The notes below the pieces were generated by a model. That model was not told where the DNA came from and made no database searches. It saw only the letters and a list, made by a program, of their open reading frames with translations. A program made the position numbers and the translations under genes. Below are positions 1 through 8,193 of a DNA stretch of 64,000 nt, in pieces. Numbering within the stretch: position 1 is the first letter of the stretch; every line of letters starts with the position of its first letter. Where the stretch lies: IMG/VR virus record IMGVR_UViG_3300027734_003164, positions 152,576-216,575 of that record. One strand, written 5' to 3'. The stretch comes from a virus (taxonomy: Duplodnaviria > Caudoviricetes).

Positions 1-345
1 TCCAACATATTTACCTGGTTTAACTTCAGGAGTTCTTACAATTGCTAAAAAAGGTAATGATATATTTTTATCTAAATCTTGAAAATTCCACGTTTGTGTA
101 AATTGCATCCAATTTTGATTGGTTATAATTCTATCAATCAAAGGTACTTTTTTTTCATCAACAACTAATTCCAATTTGTCTTTAACAAAATCTAAAAACC
201 CCCTGTCCAAATCGGCATGTAATACCCCTTTTGGTAAAAACGTTCCATGTCTTGTTATGTCTTCGAGCATTTCTTCTCTTCTTTCCACACCAAACTTTTG
301 TGGAATCAAAGGTAAATGTTTTTTTACTTGTTTTGGAAAAGTCAT
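1..345 (-). CDS. Truncated CDS running off the left edge; probable tail-completion/terminator-type virion protein
   Basis: Not in the ORF track. ATG at 345-343 opens 115 stop-free codons to base 1 (MTFPKQVKKHLPLIPQKFGVERREEMLED...SLPFLAIVRTPEVKPGKYVG). It follows the 353..868 gene on the same strand. Function inferred from context only. Confidence 0.6.
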   Translation of the reverse strand, partial: MTFPKQVKKHLPLIPQKFGVERREEMLEDITRHGTFLPKGVLHADLDRGFLDFVKDKLELVVDEKKVPLIDRIITNQNWMQFTQTWNFQDLDKNISLPFLAIVRTPEVKPGKYVG

Positions 346-352
346 AATTTAA

Positions 353-868
353 TTAAATTCCTTCAAATTCATTATTGGTAACAGGGGTTGCAACAATTGT
401 TCTATAAAATCTTTTATAACCACCATAGGTATGTTTATTGTCAGTAAACACCCTACCATCATTTACCACACTATAATATCTAACTCTACTTTCTGTTTCA
501 TAGTATCCAATATAATCACCATATTCTATATCAATTTCTAAGTCGTCTAAATAATCTTGATAAACACTAACAGTTAAATTACCCGGTTCTAACTGTTCTA
601 ATTTTGTTGAGCCGTAGTCTTGGTTTGCAGGAGCCTCTATTTTAACCAAACCTTTAAATTCTATTGGTGGTAAAAATTGTATCCCACCTTTTAAGGCTTC
701 ACCATACACATCGTCGTTATTTGTTTTTTGCCTATCGACTTTATATAAAACTAAAGTGAAGTTCATATCTCCCTCTAACCATTCTCTTCCCATTTTTATA
801 TCCAAATTAAAGTCTTCTTCTGCAAAAAACTTATTTAATCTTGTTATTGGAACTTTAGGTTGTGTCAT
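353..868 (-). CDS. Probable neck/head-tail connector protein (T4 gp14-like)
   Basis: 171-aa ORF with late motif TATTTATA 3 nt upstream. Weak resemblance to head-closure proteins (LYKVD..DDVYGE..GDYIGYY..RYYSV). Structural context. Confidence 0.45.
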   Translation of the reverse strand: MTQPKVPITRLNKFFAEEDFNLDIKMGREWLEGDMNFTLVLYKVDRQKTNNDDVYGEALKGGIQFLPPIEFKGLVKIEAPANQDYGSTKLEQLEPGNLTVSVYQDYLDDLEIDIEYGDYIGYYETESRVRYYSVVNDGRVFTDNKHTYGGYKRFYRTIVATPVTNNEFEGI

Positions 869-871
869 ACC

Positions 872-879
872 TATAAATA
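872..879 (-). promoter_or_regulatory. Late-gene motif TATTTATA (example of about 17 copies upstream of structural/late genes)
   Basis: Plus-strand TATAAATA at 872-879; on the coding strand TATTTATA-GGT-ATG. Full list in findings. Confidence 0.65.
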
Positions 880-885
880 CTTTGA

Positions 886-915
886 TTGATTTTTTCTTGA
901 ATTTTATTATATTTT
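886..915 (+). promoter_or_regulatory. Bacteroidota-type housekeeping promoter for the helicase gene
   Basis: TTG (886-888) - 19 nt - TATATTTT (908-915), matching -33 TTTG / -7 TAnnTTTG with one mismatch. Confidence 0.45.
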
Positions 916-924
916 ATATATACT

Positions 925-2688
925 ATGGAAGATTTTGTGCCTAAAACACCCGAATCAAAAGCCCTTTTAATATTAGATGATTACGAAGGGTCAAATAACT
1001 ATATCCTTAATTTAAAACACAAAAAAGAGAACAGTAAGTCTTTCGTACCTACAAGACCGCAGTCGGATTATATCAATAATTATAACACAACACAACCAAA
1101 AGTTGCAAAAAAATGGGTCAAACTTGATTCATATTTTGGTAAAAAACTGATGGAAGATAAGATGTATACTAAGGAACCTTCTGAAATATATGTTGAAAAG
1201 TTGTTGGTTGAAAAAGACAAGGCATATCATATTTGGGGTAAAATCTTTTCAGGTGAAACTTTACATGACTTTTGGATGCCAAAATCGGCATTACTAAAAG
1301 ATAATGAAGTTAAAAACATTTCTATTGATTATGGTAAGTACACTCATAGACCTCCTATGGAACATCAAAAAGAAGCAATTGAAAAATTAGTAAGAAATAA
1401 AAAGTTTATTCTGGCCGATGACATGGGTCTTGGTAAAACAACATCAACTATCATTGCTGCGTTAGAAACGGGAGCTAAAAAAGTTTTAATTGTGTGTCCC
1501 GCATCATTAAAAATAAACTGGCAAAGAGAAATTGCAAATTATTCAGATAGGTCTGTTTATATTGCGGAAGGTAAGAAATTTTCAGATGAACATGATTTTG
1601 TTATTGTGAACTACGACATCTTAAAAAATTTCCACGACATTAAAGAAAAGGATAAGTCAGAAATTATGAAAATTAATTTTGATTTAGTAATCATGGATGA
1701 AGCACATATGATTTCTAATCCACAAGCGCAAAGAACAAAAATTGCCAACGACATTGCAAGTAAATCAAATAGAGTTTGGTTATTATCAGGAACACCTATG
1801 ACCTCTAGACCTATGAATTATTATAATTTATTAAACCTTGTTGATAGTCCTGTGGCAATGAATTGGATGGCTTATGCTAAAAGATATTGTAATGGATTTC
1901 AATTTAGTGTTGGAAAAAGAAAAGTGTGGAATGTTACAGGGGCATCTAATCTTGACGAATTAAGAGAAAGAACCTCAACACACATTCTAAGAAGATTAAA
2001 AGAAGAAGTTTTAGATTTACCTGAAAAAATTATTACACCTGTTTATTTAAGGCTAAAATCAAAAGACTACGAAGAATTAATGGGTGAATATTTTGATTGG
2101 TATGACCAAAACCCTGAAGAGTCATCTTCACTTACAATTCAGTTTGGTAAACTAATGAAAGTAAGAAAAGTAATCGCACAAGAAAAAATTAATAACACAA
2201 TAGAGTTAGCGGAAAACATTATAGAACAAGGTAAAAAGGTTATTATATTTACAAATTTTACAGATACATTAAATCAAATCTATAATCACTTTGGTAAATC
2301 TGCGGTTTATTTAGATGGTAGTTGTTCCAAGTTTCACAGACAAAATGCGGTTGATGAGTTTCAAACAAATGATAAAATCAAAGTATTTGTTGGAAACTTG
2401 AAAGCCGCAGGTGTTGGTATTACTTTAACATCTGCCGAAGCCGTTATTATGAATGATTTATCTTTTGTTCCTGCTGAACATTCACAAGCAGAAGATAGGT
2501 CACATAGAATTGGTCAAAAAAATTCAACATCAGTTTATTACCCTCTTTTTGAAAATACAATAGAAGGTGCAATTTACGACATCTTAAATAGAAAAAAGAA
2601 AATTATTTCAACAGTAATGGGTGACGATATGTTTGATGATGCATCCACAATTGAAGAAATGTTAAATTTAATTTCTGGTAATCGATGA
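925..2688 (+). CDS. SNF2-family (SMARCAL1/HARP-like) helicase/translocase
   Basis: Motif I LADDMGLGKT, motif II DEAH, LSGTP, motif VI QAEDRSHRIGQ. Confidence 0.9.
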   Translation: MEDFVPKTPESKALLILDDYEGSNNYILNLKHKKENSKSFVPTRPQSDYINNYNTTQPKVAKKWVKLDSYFGKKLMEDKMYTKEPSEIYVEKLLVEKDKAYHIWGKIFSGETLHDFWMPKSALLKDNEVKNISIDYGKYTHRPPMEHQKEAIEKLVRNKKFILADDMGLGKTTSTIIAALETGAKKVLIVCPASLKINWQREIANYSDRSVYIAEGKKFSDEHDFVIVNYDILKNFHDIKEKDKSEIMKINFDLVIMDEAHMISNPQAQRTKIANDIASKSNRVWLLSGTPMTSRPMNYYNLLNLVDSPVAMNWMAYAKRYCNGFQFSVGKRKVWNVTGASNLDELRERTSTHILRRLKEEVLDLPEKIITPVYLRLKSKDYEELMGEYFDWYDQNPEESSSLTIQFGKLMKVRKVIAQEKINNTIELAENIIEQGKKVIIFTNFTDTLNQIYNHFGKSAVYLDGSCSKFHRQNAVDEFQTNDKIKVFVGNLKAAGVGITLTSAEAVIMNDLSFVPAEHSQAEDRSHRIGQKNSTSVYYPLFENTIEGAIYDILNRKKKIISTVMGDDMFDDASTIEEMLNLISGNR

Positions 2689-2700
2689 TATTTATATATC

Positions 2701-3420
2701 ATGGGGAATAATATTTTTGAAAGTTATCTACAGAAAATTTACAAAATAGAACAGTTGTTAGAAATTGATTCAGCACAAAAAACTAATCTAATTAATGAAA
2801 TAAAAAAAATAAGTATAGATAAACTACCTTACGAATATGATTCTTTAGAAGTTTTTATTGATAGTGAAACAATGAAAACTCACTACAACAAACATTACAA
2901 AGGTTATGTTGATAAATTGAATAAAGAATTAGAAAAAATAAGTGGTAAAGATTTAGACTTAGAACAAATTATATCTGACATTTCAAGTTTTAATACAATA
3001 GTTAGAAATAATGGTGGTGGCGCATTTAATCATGCGTTGTTTTGGAAAATGATGTCGCCTAAAAAACAAAAGTTAGACGACCCCATCAAAAGTAAAATAG
3101 AAAAGACTTTCGGTTCATTTGAAAAATTTAAAACAGAATTTGAAGACGCCGCCAAATCTTGTTTTGGTTCAGGTTGGGTTTGGTTGATTCTTACAGATAA
3201 AAATAGATTGAAAATTGTAACCACCGCAAATCAAGACAATCCCCTAATGGATAATCAAGAAGAAAGAGGTTACCCCTTGTTAGGTCTTGACGTTTGGGAA
3301 CACGCTTATTATTTAAAATACAAAAATCTAAGAGACAAGTACGTATCTAATTTTTGGAAAGTGGTTAATTGGGGATTTGTTAATGATTTGTATTCTACTC
3401 AGTCTAAACTTAACAACTAA
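2701..3420 (+). CDS. sodA: Fe/Mn superoxide dismutase (Mn-type signature) with N-terminal extension
   Basis: KLPY..LE, THYNKH, NNGGGAFNH, FGSGWVWL, ANQDNP, LDVWEHAYY. All four metal ligands present; GGG and NQD indicate Mn or cambialistic type. Confidence 0.95.
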   Translation: MGNNIFESYLQKIYKIEQLLEIDSAQKTNLINEIKKISIDKLPYEYDSLEVFIDSETMKTHYNKHYKGYVDKLNKELEKISGKDLDLEQIISDISSFNTIVRNNGGGAFNHALFWKMMSPKKQKLDDPIKSKIEKTFGSFEKFKTEFEDAAKSCFGSGWVWLILTDKNRLKIVTTANQDNPLMDNQEERGYPLLGLDVWEHAYYLKYKNLRDKYVSNFWKVVNWGFVNDLYSTQSKLNN

Positions 3421-3444
3421 ATTATATTTATATAATAAAAACTT

Positions 3445-4566
3445 ATGGCAACTACTGTAATTATCACCGAACCTGAAAGAAGTAAATTATATAAAAGAAT
3501 AAAAAATCTTTTAGGTGCCCCTATTCGTAGTGTTGAATTAGAAGATGAAATGATGGATTCATTATTAGAATTATCTATTCAGGATTACGCACAACATGTA
3601 AACGATTGGTTGATTGAGGCTCAATGGTCTTCTTTGAATGGTTTGAATTTAGATGAGCAATCACTAACAAGAGCCTTTACTACAAGAAGTATGGATTGGG
3701 AAACACAATATACTTACGCGTATTCAAAAATTGTGGGATTACAAGCTGGTGGTGATTATGTATTGAAAAAAGATTATATCGATTTAGTTTCTAATCAACA
3801 AATATATGAAATACCTGCAGGTCGCGAAGTTAATGAAATATTATGGTTTTCTCGTTCTGAATTAGACGCAGCATATTTTGACCCGTTTATGGGTGGATTT
3901 GGTGGATTTGGCGGTATTGGTTTAGGCGGTGGGGCAGGATTTTCTCAAATGGGGACAACAGGAAATTATTTTATTACACCAGCCTTTGATATTTTACTTA
4001 GAATGGCTGACATTCAAATGAAAAGAAGAATCATAACAGGAGATTTGACTTATAGAATAACAGCACTTCCTGAAGGAAAAAAAGCATTACATTTAATGAA
4101 TGTACCTGGTGGAAAATTTGATTTTGGAAATATTGCTTATCAAAAATACAAAGTATGGTATTGGTATTATGATACTTTTGATAGAGATGATTGTTTAGCG
4201 AAAAATCCTGACGTTGTTAGACTTCCTTCTGACGTTCCAATTGATGAAATGAGATGGGATGAATTAAATTCACCAGCAAAAACTTGGGTTAGAAGATGGT
4301 TTACTGCGTATTGTAAAGAAACTTTGGCAAAAGTAAGAGGTAAGTATAGTGGTAGTTTGAAGACCCCTGATAGTGAATTAACCTTAGAGTGGCAAAGTTT
4401 AAACACTGAAGCTAAAGATGAAAAGACAATGTTGTGGGAAGAATTGAAAGCAAGACTTGAAAGATTAAGACCTGAAAAACAAATGGAGCAAAAAGCCTTA
4501 CAGGCCGAAAACTTGAACAAAGCCTTGAAATTTAGAGCATTTACAAGTCCTTATAATATCATATAA
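3445..4566 (+). CDS. Probable neck protein (T4 gp13-like)
   Basis: N-terminus RIKNLLGAPIRSVELEDEMMD resembles the gp13-family LG.P...VE motif. C-terminal WVRRW..A..KETL.KVRGKY. Late motif upstream. Confidence 0.6.
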   Translation: MATTVIITEPERSKLYKRIKNLLGAPIRSVELEDEMMDSLLELSIQDYAQHVNDWLIEAQWSSLNGLNLDEQSLTRAFTTRSMDWETQYTYAYSKIVGLQAGGDYVLKKDYIDLVSNQQIYEIPAGREVNEILWFSRSELDAAYFDPFMGGFGGFGGIGLGGGAGFSQMGTTGNYFITPAFDILLRMADIQMKRRIITGDLTYRITALPEGKKALHLMNVPGGKFDFGNIAYQKYKVWYWYYDTFDRDDCLAKNPDVVRLPSDVPIDEMRWDELNSPAKTWVRRWFTAYCKETLAKVRGKYSGSLKTPDSELTLEWQSLNTEAKDEKTMLWEELKARLERLRPEKQMEQKALQAENLNKALKFRAFTSPYNII

Positions 4567-4573
4567 TTTTTTT

Positions 4574-4906
4574 ATGTCAGTATTTAAATCTATTCCTTCA
4601 ATTAGAATAATTAATGGTAATAGCGTTGAAACATCAGATTCTGCAATAGTTTCAAACTCTTATTATGAAACCAATGGTGAATACGTCATTATTGTTTCGG
4701 GAGTTGAAAATTGTGAACTTTTGTTAAATTCATCAAATACCGACCACGTTGTTGTAAAATCTATGACGAATGTTTTAGTAAAGGGAGACTCATTAATTGA
4801 TGAGCAATATGAAGAAGTTGAATTAACTAAAGGCTCGTGCGTTGAGTTTAAAAAAGTCGGAAATTACTGGTATATATTATCTTCAGACGGATTAAAAAAC
4901 TCTTAG
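4574..4906 (+). CDS. Small beta-rich hypothetical protein, probably virion-associated
   Basis: 110-aa ORF co-oriented behind the neck gene; ends in a IDE..EVEL..GSCVEF..VGNYWYI pattern like small tail/head appendage domains. Confidence 0.5.
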   Translation: MSVFKSIPSIRIINGNSVETSDSAIVSNSYYETNGEYVIIVSGVENCELLLNSSNTDHVVVKSMTNVLVKGDSLIDEQYEEVELTKGSCVEFKKVGNYWYILSSDGLKNS

Positions 4907-7731
4907 TCGAAACTAAGAGCCATTAAATCCCCATCCACATCAAATTCAAAGTATTCATCAATATCCACCTTTTTTTGTTGTACGACAAACTCTTCCATTA
5001 ACTTTTTGTTGTTTTCAACCCAATCAACATCCACTAAATCAACAGTACCATCTAAATACATATAGTAAGGGTCAATACCTACGTTTTTCCAAAACGTTAA
5101 TTCCATGTCAGATAAAGTTAATACTTCCTCTAATGTATCTTGATGAGCCTCTTTCATTGGGTAACCGCGTACTAATTCAGTTTGAGACTTAGTAAAGATA
5201 GGTCTATCTTTTGGGTCTTCAATTAAAATGTCTTCTCTGATTTCAGGTCTATAAACAACAAGTAATGGTTCGATTCTTTTGTTAAATGCTGCCAAATATC
5301 TTGGAACATTATACTCACCCAATAAATCAGGATTCATTTCAATATCACGTTCATCAATCATATAACAATTCAAAACCAATTCATCTTTTTTCTTTTGAAC
5401 GTCTCCATGTGATTTTTTCTCACCATTATTAACATAGAAGATAGTATCACCAAGACCTGGATTTTTACCTTCTTTAATCAAAAGTTCCATATGCGCCTGA
5501 CGGGACATCATATTTCCTGCCTTTGTAGTTTTAGTAATGTGAACTTTGTAATCGTCTATTGATTGTTTTACCCGAGCTTTGTTTGCAATTTTTGCCAAAG
5601 GGATTTGTCTATTATAAAGTTTGTCCACATATTCATAGTAAAAATCTAAAAACTCACCACCCTTACCGTCTAACAACATTCTAAGCCCCTTATCCAAAAA
5701 TTCAGCAACATATGTTTGAAGTTTTTTAGATTTAATACTATTTCCTGTAAGTTTTACTTTACCCTTATCTGTAAGAAGTGCATAGTTTTTACGAGCCACA
5801 TTAATTGTTGATGGCCAAACACCGTCAATATCCAATCCCATTTCACCTCGTAAAAATAAATCATTGTATTCTGCAACATCCGCTTCTGCTCCAATATATT
5901 CCTTACCTTCTTTAACCAATCCGTTCAACCCCTTTCCAATATACTTATACTCTTCTCTATCTTGTGGTGTTTCGAAGTTTACACCATCCGTATCCATTAC
6001 GAGAGGAACATAACCTCTTTTCATAAAGAACATAATCATTTGACGTAGGTATTGTCTACCTGTACAAGTAATCTGTTCACCCATATCAATATCACCCCAC
6101 GGAAAAACTTGTGGTGCTGATAATGAACCAAAGAATGCGTTGATAAAGATTTTAATTGGTAATTGTTTTCTGTCGTAAGAAATCGCAAGTTTTGGGTCAA
6201 TAGATTTATATTCACTTGATAAGTTCTTGTATTTAATACGAGTATCACGGAAATACTTTAACATACTTTTCATTGCTCCTGTTACGTCACATTTAGGGAA
6301 TACGTCGTGAACCAACTGAATAGATGGGTATAGTGAAGAGTAGTCAAGTTTCAATACGTTTTTAGAGAACCCAACCTGTACTAAACGAGAAAGACCTCCT
6401 GTAAATTTTCTTTTTTCTAATTTTCTTGGTAATGCTAAGTTATGTTTATATGACCATGCTGCCATAATCATTTTCCATAATGTTGCAGTTCCCATAGTTG
6501 AAAGTCTTTCATATGTTGTTGGTACAAGTTTAGACAATAAGAAGTTTGCTTGATTAAACTGTTCATCAACTATCATCGTTTCATAAAGGTCATCGTCCAA
6601 GTAGTCCTCAATAATTTTTGAACCTGTAACTAATTTATAAACATCATCTCTTCTTTTACATATTTCATCTATTTTTGAATCAAATCCAACTTTCTTATAT
6701 GCTCCGTTTTCTTTGTTCATCCAATATTCAAGATTATCAAAATAAATTTTACCAATCTTATCCCCTTCAACATAAACACGATTTGGTTTTTCTGCTTCAA
6801 TAAACTTGGTAATATACTTCAAAGACCAACTTTTAATGTCTGAGTTGATTGCTTGAGCTCTACGAACCGCATGAGCAATATCAACAATATTATATCCCCA
6901 CATTTGAGTTTGAACGTATGGTTCCATTTCGTTCGCCAACTTTAGAATACCATCTTTTTGTTTTAGTGTATAATCAGGATGTAAGGTCTTGCAGATTTTT
7001 TTGATATTAACTTTTAATATTTCAGCTCTTTTTAGAATAAATGGGAAGTCAAAGAATGCTGAGTTGTAACCCCCAATCAAAGATGGTTTTAACTCATCAA
7101 TAGTCTTAAAGAAGTCGACAATCATTTGTCGTTCTTCATCTTCATTTTGTGCAGATAATAATTTTAGAAAACCACGATTGTCTTTCATCCCAATCAAGAA
7201 TATCTTACTTGTTTTAGGGTCAAGACCTGTGGTCTCAATATCGAATACAAACCTGTGGATTTCATCGTATTCGTCAAAACCTTTGAATAGTCTTTTACTT
7301 TTTTGAATTAAGTATTGTTCTACGGGTGATAATATTTGAATTGAATCTGTGTTGTCTCTACCCCATGGGTCTAATCCTCCACCTTTAAAGAAGTTTACAA
7401 GATTGGAGTATGACTTTGTTGTTTTAACCAAATACCTCAATCCGTTCTCTAAACGTTCATCATCGTGAGTATCAAGTTTTTCTATGATAATACCATTTTC
7501 ACTCATCGCACGTTTTTGTGCGTGTTTGTCGTTCTTGTAAAAGTTTTTACCTTTCAAGTCGCCAACCCAAGCAAATGGAATAAATGTGTCGGGGCGTAAT
7601 AATTTACCCTTAACAGGGTCTTGGATTACTTTATAAATTTTAGATGATTTGTAATCGTATTCGAGTGATACGATATATTTTTCGTCGTCTTCGCCTAATA
7701 AAAAGCGTTCAATTTCTTCTTGTGGAACCAT
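4903..7731 (-). CDS. polB: Family B DNA polymerase
   Basis: ExoI FDIET, region II DYSSLYPS, region III KIFINAFFG, region I MDTDG. 942 aa, no intein motifs seen. Confidence 0.95.
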   Translation of the reverse strand: MVPQEEIERFLLGEDDEKYIVSLEYDYKSSKIYKVIQDPVKGKLLRPDTFIPFAWVGDLKGKNFYKNDKHAQKRAMSENGIIIEKLDTHDDERLENGLRYLVKTTKSYSNLVNFFKGGGLDPWGRDNTDSIQILSPVEQYLIQKSKRLFKGFDEYDEIHRFVFDIETTGLDPKTSKIFLIGMKDNRGFLKLLSAQNEDEERQMIVDFFKTIDELKPSLIGGYNSAFFDFPFILKRAEILKVNIKKICKTLHPDYTLKQKDGILKLANEMEPYVQTQMWGYNIVDIAHAVRRAQAINSDIKSWSLKYITKFIEAEKPNRVYVEGDKIGKIYFDNLEYWMNKENGAYKKVGFDSKIDEICKRRDDVYKLVTGSKIIEDYLDDDLYETMIVDEQFNQANFLLSKLVPTTYERLSTMGTATLWKMIMAAWSYKHNLALPRKLEKRKFTGGLSRLVQVGFSKNVLKLDYSSLYPSIQLVHDVFPKCDVTGAMKSMLKYFRDTRIKYKNLSSEYKSIDPKLAISYDRKQLPIKIFINAFFGSLSAPQVFPWGDIDMGEQITCTGRQYLRQMIMFFMKRGYVPLVMDTDGVNFETPQDREEYKYIGKGLNGLVKEGKEYIGAEADVAEYNDLFLRGEMGLDIDGVWPSTINVARKNYALLTDKGKVKLTGNSIKSKKLQTYVAEFLDKGLRMLLDGKGGEFLDFYYEYVDKLYNRQIPLAKIANKARVKQSIDDYKVHITKTTKAGNMMSRQAHMELLIKEGKNPGLGDTIFYVNNGEKKSHGDVQKKKDELVLNCYMIDERDIEMNPDLLGEYNVPRYLAAFNKRIEPLLVVYRPEIREDILIEDPKDRPIFTKSQTELVRGYPMKEAHQDTLEEVLTLSDMELTFWKNVGIDPYYMYLDGTVDLVDVDWVENNKKLMEEFVVQQKKVDIDEYFEFDVDGDLMALSFD

Positions 7732-7794
7732 ATTTTATATTATTAATTTTGGGTTATTATTCTCACAAACTATGTTGTGGTTTCCCTTTTTTAA

Positions 7795-7826
7795 TAAATA
7801 TAAAAATGTCTTGTCTTAATGTCAAA
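7795..7826 (-). promoter_or_regulatory. Housekeeping-sigma promoter for polB
   Basis: Minus strand TTTGACA-N17-TATATTTA, also readable as TTTG-N20-TAnnTTTA. Confidence 0.6.
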
Positions 7827-8175
7827 CGATGTTTATATAAAGATTTTCTCTAATTGGTGAAATCAATTCTCCATTTTGTAAAACTATGGAAAATTCACCT
7901 ATAAACCTACCTTTTATTTTTGTATCATTCGCAGTCCATTTGTAGTATAAATAATATTCAGTTGGACTATCAGGGTTATTTTTTAATTTCTCGACAATAT
8001 AAGCTTGGTTCATAAATATTTTTTGTATTCCATTCTTTTCGTCTTTCATTGAAAAACGAATAATTGCATTATCTAAAATTTCTATAATATTTTTATAAGA
8101 GTCACTTCTACCGTCCACGACTGGTTCCATTTTCAAAATTGGTAATGTAGAGTTTTGATTTATAAAAAATTCCAT
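7822..8175 (-). CDS. Hypothetical virion protein, BppU-N-like
   Basis: 117 aa, FFINQNSTLPILK...YKWTANDT...GRFIGEFSI pattern typical of baseplate/upper-baseplate N-terminal domains. Judged by eye. Confidence 0.45.
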   Translation of the reverse strand: MEFFINQNSTLPILKMEPVVDGRSDSYKNIIEILDNAIIRFSMKDEKNGIQKIFMNQAYIVEKLKNNPDSPTEYYLYYKWTANDTKIKGRFIGEFSIVLQNGELISPIRENLYINIV

Positions 8176-8193
8176 TTTTTCTTCTTATGTGGT

